A stretch of 64,000 nt of DNA from Octopus sinensis. Taxonomy: Eukaryota. The DNA lies in contig NC_042999.1 of NCBI RefSeq assembly GCF_006345805.1, forward strand, positions 44,578,001 to 44,642,000, read 5' to 3'. The notes under the pieces are model-generated. The model ran no database searches. It was given only the letters and a program-made list of their open reading frames with translations, and was not told where the DNA came from. The position numbers were made by a program, and so were the translations under genes. Shown here piece after piece: positions 52,151 to 62,292 of this stretch (its first letter is position 1; each line of letters begins with the position of its first letter).

Positions 52151-52567
52151 GGCGCAGGAGTGGCTGTGTGGTAAGTAGCTTGTTTACCAACCACATGGTT
52201 CCGGGTTCAGTCCCACTGCGTGGCACCTTGGGCAAGTGTCTTCTACTATAGCCTTGGGCCGACCAAAGCCTTGTGAGTGGATTTGGTAGATAGAAACTGA
52301 AAGAAGCCCGTCGTATATATGTATATATATATATATATGCGTGTGTGTGTTTGTGTGTCTGTGTTTGTCCCCCTAGCATTGCTTGACAACCGATGCTGGT
52401 GTGTTTATGTCCCCGTTACTTAGCGGTTCGGCAAAAGAGACCGATAGAAAAAGTACTGGGCTTACAAAAGAATAAGTCCCGGGGTCGAGTTGTTCGATTA
52501 AAGGCAGTGCTCCAGCATGGCCACAATCAAATGACTGAAACAAATAAAAGAGTAAAAGAGTAAAGAG
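52151..52567 (+). mobile_element. SINE family A, full-length reference copy
   Basis: tRNA-like head (TGGCTGTGTGG...GGGTTCAGTCC), CORE/V-like GGCACCTTGGGCAAGTGTCTT, internal (TA)(TG) tract and (TAAAAGAG)n tail. Confidence 0.85.
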
Positions 52568-52659
52568 TATAAACACATAGAATAAAATTATTCTTCACTT
52601 ATGTTAAAAAGTTAAACATGCATTAATTACAATGTATATATATATACACACACACATAC

Positions 52660-52693
<34 letters not shown>

Positions 52694-52716
52694 ATGTATA
52701 TTATACACACACACAC

Positions 52717-52749
<33 letters not shown>

Positions 52750-52789
52750 AAACTTACTTGGAGAAGAAGAAAAAGAAAAAGGAAAAGAA

Positions 52790-53374
52790 AACGATGTGAG
52801 CGTTCAATCATATAATAACAATTTAATAAATAAAACATATGCATACATACATACATATATGTACATACCTACATCTATATATATATATACATGCATATAT
52901 GAGTACAGGACACCACAAATAAATGTAGAACACAACGAGAAATGAAAACATAAAATCAAACAAGGAAATGGACTTTTTTTTAACAACGAAAAAACAGAGT
53001 ACAAGACAAACAATACAAGGAATATTCCTCTTCATCAGCTGCCCTTGTTTTGACTCAATGCGTGTTTCGAAGGTAAGGGCAGAACACGATCCGGCTGAAG
53101 CAGTCCTTCCTGCAAATTGAATTAAATAAAATTCTTTTGCAGAGGGGGAAGAAAAGTGACAAGAACAGGACGTAAAAGCAATACAAATGAAGAAAAAAAC
53201 AGTACAAATAAAGAATAAAAACAGGACAAGGAAACCAACAATAAGGGCTTTTTTTAAAACCTAGACGGTGGAAAAATTCGACTGTTTTTTTTCTTAATTT
53301 GTATTGCTTTTACGTCCTGTTCTTGTCACTTTTTTTACCCCTCTGCAAAAGAATTTTATTTAATTCATTTTGCA
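52790..53374 (-). mobile_element. Short PLE/retrozyme-like element with a permuted hammerhead and an adjacent 93-bp inverted repeat
   Basis: Lies next to (TA)n. Inverted arms 53111-53203 / 53281-53374. A U-rich trailer lies 3' of the ribozyme motif. Confidence 0.5.
53027..53088 (-). ncRNA. Candidate non-circularly permuted hammerhead ribozyme
   Basis: CGTGT-T-CTGCCCTT-ac-CTTC-GAA-ACACG-cattgagtcaaaac-AAGGGCAG-CTGATGA-A-GAGG. Helix I has 8 bp, helix II 4 bp and helix III 5 bp. The core is complete, with a GUU triplet. Confidence 0.7.
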
Positions 53375-53835
53375 GAGTGTACTGAGTGTACCTATCATAG
53401 CACTGGCAATAATGGAGTTGTTATGTCTTCAACAAAACTAAAATGTTTCCACAATCATAAGCTTAAAATGTACATATTATCATGGCACTAGCTCCAGAGA
53501 GGATAGGAGCAACAGACTGATAGACTTCAAGAGATGGATAAATAGTTAGAGTGAATGATAAATGTTGATACCAAATTGTCAGTGGGGAAATATAAGTTGA
53601 GTGTATGAAGTGTCTACAGATCTGATGAGGATCCTTAAGTACATACCTCAAGAGAGTGAGAGTGTTAGTAAGATAAAGAAGAGAGACCTGGGAATAGAGT
53701 GCTGGAGTGCTGGAGAGAGGGTTAGACATATCCTGTGCCATCCCTAGTTAAACTAGAAACAATATATGGTTAACTGATATATTGTTTCTAGTGTAACTAG
53801 GGATGACACAGGATCTGTCTAACCCTCTCTCCAAA

Positions 53836-54066
53836 GGCGGCAAGCTGGCAGAAACGTTAGCATGCCGGGCGAGATGCTTAGCAGTATTTCGTCTGCCGCT
53901 ACGTTCTGAGTTCAAATTCCGCCGAGGTCGACTTTGCCTTTCATGCTTTCGGGGTCGATAAATTAAGTACCAGTGAAACACTGGGGTCGATATAATCGAC
54001 TTAATCCCTTTGTCCGTCCTTGTTTGTCCCCTCTGTGTTTAGCCCCTTGTGAGTAGTAAAGAAATA
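53836..54066 (+). mobile_element. SINE family B, full length
   Basis: Same structure as 10735-10964. Another copy lies at 59228-59458 (-). Confidence 0.85.
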
Positions 54067-55185
54067 TATATGGTTAACTGAGAGATCCACTTCTAGAGTG
54101 GTGTCAAGAAGGGAGGTAAATATGGTTGTGATTAGGTGTCAGGATGCAGCTTCAAGGTGACATGTCCAAGAGGATAGATATAAGAGAGTGTGGAGACAAG
54201 AGAATCAGAAACGATGAATAAAGTTGCAAGTGTGTGAGCATAGAGATAAGGATAAGTGTAAACAGAGAGTGGGGTGGTCAGATGTATATAGGGGTGAATG
54301 TAGTGATTAGTAAACTGGGGGTGATAAATATGAGTAGAGAGGATGATGATAATGATAAACTGATGTCAATTGGGAATAGCACACACATATATATTATATT
54401 ATACTGTATATGTTTGTATATGTAATGTTTATGTACATAAACAGACTAGAGTTGACCTGATCGGTTATGTTGCTCCTCCATCTTGGGTAAATAAAAGTAA
54501 GAAAAAAGAAATGTGGCAGCCATTTTGACTAACAAAGAAATCATTAAATTTAATAAGTAAATAAATATAACAGCTGAAGAATGTGCTATAAAAGAACTAA
54601 CAGACATAATTCATAGTTGTCTATTCTATCATGTCTATTAAAGATTTTTTTGGAGGCAATGAATGCAAGCACACTACTGCTGCTGACACCTTCAACAATC
54701 ACAATCAACATCACCATCATGATGATAAAGGAAAAAGGCAAAAGCTATGGAAAAGTATTTTAAAGTCTTCTTTTACAATCCATTCTGAAAATGAACAATA
54801 AAACTAGGGTTAAAAGAAGGAAAGAAAAAAAAAGAAAGAAAAATCGCTGCTTTATCTAACTTACCCCATCCCTGCACATTAAAAGAAAAAAAATATCTCA
54901 CACGAAAATATATATGAAATAGTTTATGTAGGGTGAAGTTAAGGCATTTGTTGATTCTCTGAGTAGATTATTATTTGGCACTATTATATGTTATTTTTTT
55001 TTTTTTACCAATCATTTCTATTTAATGAGATCAGTATGGTAGTTATGGTAGTTATCTTACCATGACATACGGCCATTAAAGCTAAGTTTGAACTATTTGA
55101 TTTTGATTTTCTCTTCTTTTTCTTCTTTTTCCTTCTCATTTATTCACATCTCTCTCACAAGATTATTTGAAGTTTACATACATAC

Positions 55186-55239
<54 letters not shown>

Positions 55240-55301
55240 GTGTATGGGCATTTGTGTGTGTATATTTGTACATGTTCATCTGTGTGTCTAGGCATATATA
55301 T

Positions 55302-55337
<36 letters not shown>

Positions 55338-56331
55338 AATGTATGTATGTATATGTACATATATGTGTATCCATATACGTATATGTATATATACATACAC
55401 ACACATGCACACATGTATATATGTATAAATATATATATATATGTATAATATATATTTAAATATATGTATGTATAATATATAATTATATATATATATATAT
55501 GTGTGTGTGTATATATACACACACATACTCACACATATATATACATGCACACACACACACACACACACATACTCGCATGTATATATGCATGCACATGTAC
55601 ACACAGATGCATATATGTTGGGGCAGTATGCTGGACTGATTAAGAAGTTTGTTTTGCAGTCATGAAGCCTTTAGTTCAATCTCATACCATTGTAGCTTGG
55701 GGAAGTGAGTAATTTACTGTAACGTCAGATTGATCCGTATATTATGAATGAAACTAGGTTGACACAAACTGTATAGAAGCCTGTTAGATAGACTGTAGCT
55801 ATAATTCAAGCTGTCTAGATGTGTCAAATGATCATGCTGATTCTTACATTAATGGTACATATGTCTGTGGAATACTCAGCCAGTTATATGTTAATTCGTT
55901 AATATAATGTGCAGATAATTCAGTTGATATGAAACAAGTGAATACTCATGGTCGGAAATTCTGACCAAGATCCATTCATACATACATACATACATACATA
56001 CATACATACAAACATACATACATACATACATATATACATACATACAGGTGTAGGTGTGGCTGTGTGGTAAGAAGCTTGCTTCCCAACCACATAGTTCCTG
56101 GTTCAGTTTCACTGTGTGGCACATCGGGCAAGTGTTTTCTACTATAAACCTCGGGCCGACTAAAATTTTGTGAGTGGATTTGGTAGAGAGAAACTGAAAG
56201 AAACCGGTCATGAATATATATATATTTATATATAGGAGGAAGCTTTACGAAAATAAACAAAAGACGAAGGCAGGTGGAGCACAAACAAACAATTGTATTA
56301 GTATGGCACTCAGGAATGGAAATAAAACAAG

Positions 56332-56369
56332 TCTTTTACGTTTCAAGCCTACGCTCTTCAACAGAAAGA
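56332..56369 (-). ncRNA. Minimal type I hammerhead-like motif with an A6U core variant
   Basis: TCTTT-CTGTTGA-A-GAGC-gtag-GCTT-GAAA-CGTA-AAAGA. It lies in a ~200-bp element (56230-56435) inserted in the (TA)n of a family A SINE. Confidence 0.6.
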
Positions 56370-56433
56370 TACACAGAAAAGAAACACGGAGAGAAACAAG
56401 GAGAGAAAAAAATGCGTGCAGGAGCTAACGAAT

Positions 56434-56487
<54 letters not shown>

Positions 56488-57249
56488 TTGTGTGTGTGTG
56501 TGTTGTTTATCCCCTCACCATCACTTGACAACTTATGTTGGTGTGATTACGTGCCCATAAGTTAGCAGTTTGGCAAAAGAGACTGATAGAATAAGTATTA
56601 GGCTTACAAAGAATAAGTTCTGGGGTCAAATTGTTCTACTAAAGGCAGTGCTCCAACTAAAAGAATAAAAGAATATATACATACATGCATACATACATAC
56701 ATAAATACATACATGCATACATGCATACATACATACATACATACATACATACATACATACATACATAGATACATACACACACAAACATAGACAGACAATC
56801 AGACAGAGAGACAGACAGACACCCACACATCTCAGGTATGGCTGCATGATAAAATGCTTGCTTCCCATCCACATGGTTCTCGGTTCAGTCCCACTGTGCG
56901 GTACCTCAATCAAGTGTCTTCTATAAGCCCAGTCCAATGAAAGCTCTGTAAGCAGATTTGGTAAATGGAAACTGAAAAAAAACACCCATCGTGTGCGTGT
57001 GTGTGTGTGTGTGCATGTGTGCGTGTGTGTGTGTTTATGTGTTTATGTGTTTGTGCTTGTCCACCACCACTGTTCAACAACTTGTGTTGGTTTGTTTACA
57101 TCATTATAACTTAATAGTTTGGCAAAATGAGAACTATAGAATAAATACTAGACTTAGAAAGAAATAAGTACTAGACTGAATTGTTCAAATAAACCCTGCA
57201 AGGTGGCTCCCCAGTATGGCTGCAATCCGATGACTGAAACAAGTAAAAG

Positions 57250-57291
<42 letters not shown>

Positions 57292-57387
57292 TATATATAC
57301 ATACATACATATATATGTATATGTACACACACACACATTATATATACACACGTATATATATGTACATACACACAGACACAGACACAG

Positions 57388-57424
<37 letters not shown>

Positions 57425-57495
57425 CATATATCAGACATTAAACGATGATGATGATGATGATGATGATATATATATATGGTATATGTGTGTGTATG

Positions 57496-57562
<67 letters not shown>

Positions 57563-57586
57563 ATATACATATATGTATATATATAT

Positions 57587-57619
<33 letters not shown>

Positions 57620-58085
57620 GTATGTATATATATATACACATACACTCACACACACACATATAAATATCTACATATATCTTTATGTATATTTAATTATGTG
57701 TATATATGTATATATATATATATTTATGTGTATCTCTTGTACATACACCTGAGTATGGAGAGGTGGGAATGACTGACCAATAAGACGTGTTATTTTGGTC
57801 TATTTCGCTTACACTTTGTCTTCAATTAATGGATGGGAAGTCTGCTATGTATTTGATGACCATTTAAGATTCACTCTGGTACCACTGTATCTATAGCAAC
57901 CTCAGATTATTTTGATGTTACTACGCTGAACCTTAATTAGATTTGAATTAGAGTTATTTTATTCTACCCTTCTACAATTTTCGATGTTTGTTAATTGCAT
58001 ATTTGACCGTATCTACTTTCTCTTCTCTAAATTGGAATGTTCTTCTCGTAAACAACACTAGCTGAAATAGAGAAGCTATGTCGCT

Positions 58086-58174
58086 GGTTGCCTGATGGTG
58101 GTGGAATTGTTTAATACTATATAATTTTTTATAACTGCATTGAATAAAGTTCTACCGAAACAGCTGTCGCTAAT
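58086..58174 (+). ncRNA. Decayed PLE-type hammerhead motif (A9G)
   Basis: CTGATGG-t-GGTGGAATT...AGTTCTACC-GAAA-CAGCTG-TC. Helix II has 9 bp, helix III is the palindromic ACAGCTGT, and helix I is weak. Confidence 0.5.
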
Positions 58175-58713
58175 TTAGACATCATTTGTGAGTTACTATT
58201 TTATACTTAAGTCGATCAGATGATCCACCAGTGAGTTGATTTGTTGGTTATTAATTGGATTTGGAATTTACATACAGTATCCTGTGAACATTTGATGTCT
58301 ACAATGTTGTATTATTTAACAGTCAGCTCTAAGCAATTAAACCCAGCTATTTTCTGGTGTCTTACATGTTGATATATATTTAAATATATGTTAAGTAAAG
58401 CATCAGCAAATAGCTAGGTACAATTACATGGAGCTGGCAGCCAAACACTGCAACATTGTAGGCATCAGATACTTATCAATACTGTGAGCCTGCTGGCTAT
58501 ATGTGATATCAGTATTTGAAAAGATGCTGATATTCTTAATCAGGCACAAGCATTGGCTGTGTGGTAAGAAGCTTGCTTCCCAACCACATGGTTTGGGGGT
58601 TCGGTCCCACTGTGTGGAAGCTTGGGCAAGTGTCTTCTACTGTAGCCTCATGCTGACCAAAGCCTTGTGAGTGAATTTGGTAGACAGAACCTGAAAGAAG
58701 CCCTTGTATATAT

Positions 58714-58747
<34 letters not shown>

Positions 58748-59474
58748 CTATGCCTGTCTTTCTCTGTGCCTGTGTTTGTCTCTCCTCCCACTGTTTGACA
58801 ACTGGTGCTAGTGTGTTTACCTTCCCATAACTTAGCAGTTCAGCAAAAGAAACTAAAAAACAAATACCAGGCTTTAAAAGAAAAAAAATATAAACACTGG
58901 GGCTGATACGTTTGACTAAAAAATCTCCAAGGCAGTGCCTCTGTGTGGCCGCAGTCTAATGACTGAAACAGGTGAAAAAAAAAAGATATAGCAATGAGAT
59001 TTGACTGGCATACTGTGACCGGAGACCTCCTATTGATGATTTCCAGTAGAATGAAATCCCAGCTACAACCTATGTGTGTGATTTATGCACCAAGCACCTA
59101 TATGAGAGAATCTCTCAAGGCTAATAATGCAGTAGTCAGTGTTCTAACAAGACAGCTGTGTTAAATTGAATGTAAAGATTACCTTTTGATATTAATACTG
59201 CTTCTTTTGCTAATAATTAATATTCTTGTTTCGTTATTGCCCACAAGGGGCTAAACATAGAGGGGACAAACAAGGACAGACAAAGGGATTAAGTCGATTA
59301 CATCGACCCCAGTGCATAACTGGTACTTAATTTATCGACCCGAAAGGATGAAAAGCAAAGTTGACCTCGATGGAATTTGAACTCAGAATGTAACAGCAGA
59401 TGAAATACCACTAAGCATTTTGCCTGGCGTGCTAATGATTCTGCCAGCTCGCTGCCTTAACTAATAATTAATAT

Positions 59475-59748
59475 TGGCATGGGTTGAATGGCTTGACTGA
59501 AAACTGGTAAGTTGGGTAGCTGCACCTGGTTTCAATCTGATTTGACAAGGTTTCTACAGCTGGATAGCCTTCCTAATGCCAACCACTCCAAGAGTGTAGT
59601 AGGTGGCATGTAAAAAGCACCCACCACACTCTTGGAGTGGTTGGCATTACGAAAAGCATCAAGCTGTAGAAACCATGCTAAGTCAGATTGAAACCTGGTG
59701 CAGCTACCCAGTTTACAAATTTTCAGTCAAACCATCAAACCCATACCA
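59475..59748. repeat. Head-to-head inverted pair of SINE family C 3' halves
   Basis: 59475-59604 pairs imperfectly with 59618-59748. Confidence 0.75.
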
Positions 59749-60441
59749 GCATAAAAAATGGATTTTAAATGATGACAATGATGTTGATAATGCATACATA
59801 TATTTTTTACTATATTCCTGCACACCAAACTGTGAAAAGTATGTGTTGTGGGGATCCTGTTTGGAAAAAAATATTTCTCCCTAAAAACTTTGTGTACAAA
59901 AATATATTGAACCAAGCTCCAGAATGACATCAGCAGACTACCTGATACGGTGTTTCAGCATAATTTCACCTCCTCAGTGGTAGACTGCAATTCAGATTTG
60001 GAGCAATGTCTAGCTTTTATTCCTTTATAGAAAACAACAAACAATGCATTTGTTTATGCATGGCTGAGATTTGCCAAGCTGAAATTAATTTAGTATAAAC
60101 TTTTGAAGTAGTAAGGAGCAAATAAGGATCTGTACATGTCTGTGTGATACGTAGCTTGCTTACCAACCTCATGGTTTCAGGTTCTGTACCACTGTGTGGC
60201 ACCTTGTATAAGTGTCTTCTACTATAGCCTTGGGCCGATCAAAGCCTTATGAGTGGATTTAGTAGGTGGAAATTGAAAGAAGCCCATTGTATATATATAT
60301 ATATATATCACCACAGTGATATATATCACCGTGACTGACCGGACTATCAGATGTTGCTACACATCGCTGGTCACAATGCGCTTTGCATTGTTTTAGCCTT
60401 CAAATGACGCCACCCCGCTGGCGAAGCGAGCAGGCCAATAC

Positions 60442-60477
<36 letters not shown>

Positions 60478-60478
60478 C

Positions 60479-61123
60479 ATCAATCAATATAAGGGTAACA
60501 AAAAATTCAAGAAAAATTTTCTGCAACCAGCGGTCAAGTGAGAAAATAGAGATAGTCACAGACTATATAATATATTCAACAAATAATTAAGGAATGACCC
60601 TGAGAAGGTCGTTCGACTCACTTGAAAAGAGCAGCTAAACTCAAAACCGCAAAAATAGTAGTAATTCTGAAACTAGAGGAGAAATAAAAACATTTATCCC
60701 TTTCAAACTTTGTACCCTGCAAGGTTTCAACATCTTTCACGCAATCAAATTTAATTAAATTAAATTAAATCCGTTTATGCTTGGCTTGTCTCGTCAGCAA
60801 AGTCGCCAAAAGAGGAGGAAGATATATATACACAAGGCTACACCATCTAAGCCTTGGGTCTATATATCCTAAATTTTCGAATTCACCGTAATCGCGCCAT
60901 CTACTCCGCAGCAAATATAAACTGCTGATACAAATTTCAGAATTAGTCAAGAATTCATTAATCAATCAATATAAGGGTAACAAAAAATTCAAGAAAAATT
61001 TTCTGCAACCAGCGGTCAAGTGAGAAAATAGAGATAGTCACAGACTATATAATATATTCAACAAATAATTAAGGAATGACCCTGCGAAGGTCGTTCGACT
61101 CACTTGAAAAGAGCAGCTAAACT
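60479..61123 (-). mobile_element. Retrozyme/PLE pseudo-LTR-like element: 482-bp unit plus 163-bp terminal redundancy
   Basis: 60479-60641 matches 60961-61123 (1 mismatch seen). It abuts (TA)n and has a hammerhead in the unique middle. Confidence 0.7.
60707..60803 (-). ncRNA. Type I hammerhead ribozyme with an intact core
   Basis: ACTTTG-CTGACGA-GACA-(~55-nt loop)-TGTT-GAA-ACCT-tgca-GGGT-A-CAAAGT. Helix I has 6 bp, helix II 4 bp and helix III 4 bp. GUA triplet, with predicted cleavage between 60713 and 60712. Confidence 0.8.
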
Positions 61124-61974
61124 AGGTATAGGTACAGATATGGCTAAGTGGTCGAGAAGATTGATTCCAGCTTGTGGCCCTTAGCTTTGGTCCCACTGCA
61201 TGGCACCTTGAACAAGTGTCTTCTATGATAACCCTGGGTCAACCAAAGCCTTGTGAGGCTGTTCATCTCTATTCTTCTGTGAAAAACATATCTAGGTATG
61301 AGAAAATATCTGTTTGCTTCAAAACAGGTAAGGAATGGTGATGAGAAGGGCAACCAGGTGGAGAAAATCTGCCCCAACAGATTCTGTCTGACCCATGTAA
61401 ACATGGAAAAGTGGGTGTTAAATTATGATGTTGATGACGATGATGATGTATGTGTGTGTGTATGTGCGTGTATATACACATGAAAATATCTTATAACATA
61501 TGACAAAGAAAAATGGTGCTTTTCAATTATAAACATCAAATTAAATCAGACACCTTATAAACATGAATTCAATATATGAAAAAACAAATAAAAAAACCCC
61601 AAAAAAGCAAAAAAAAAAAACCCAAAAAATAAAAAAAAACAAAACAAAAAACAAAAAACAAACAAACCATGGTTCTGTGCACATTTTCTTTTTCTGTCTT
61701 GGATTTGTGGTTATAAAGAGTTTAATTTAATTTAATGTTTATAACAAAAAATATCTTAACCATTTTACTTTATCATGTGTTACTAATGCTATAGGTCTTT
61801 CAAAATCATAATAGCATTGAGAAATTTCTGATATGAAAACAATGTTTAAGGATGGATAAAAACAAAATATTATCTGAATTAATCTTTGTACAGTCTAGGG
61901 TTTTAAGTGTTTATCAAATTTTGGAAACCTTGTCAGGTTGAGAGAGGTATAAACAATGTGGTAGCCAGACAAAG

Positions 61975-62292
61975 CAGTGCTGGCATCAGCCATGTCCAAA
62001 AGTACCATGCGAACGTGGCCAATGCCAGCACTGCCTTGACTGGCTTCCGTGCTGGTAGCACGTAAAAAGCACCAACCGATCGCGGTCACTGCCAGCTTCG
62101 CCTGGCGCCTGTGCCGGTGGCATGTAAAAAGCACCCACTACACTCATGGAGTGGTTGGTGTTAGGAAGGGCATCCAGCTGTAGAAACACTGCCAGATCAG
62201 ACTGGAGCCTGGTGCAGCCTCCTGACTTCCCAGACCCTTGCCAGCATGGAAAACAGACGTTAAATGATGATGATGATGATGATGATGATGAT
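61975..62292 (+). mobile_element. SINE family C with about two VNTR units
   Basis: Same modules and (GAT)n tail as 49905-50235. Confidence 0.7.

Noticed and set aside
59030-59075. TTGATGA..GAAA motif
   Set aside because: Weak helix II and no compatible helix III or cleavage triplet.
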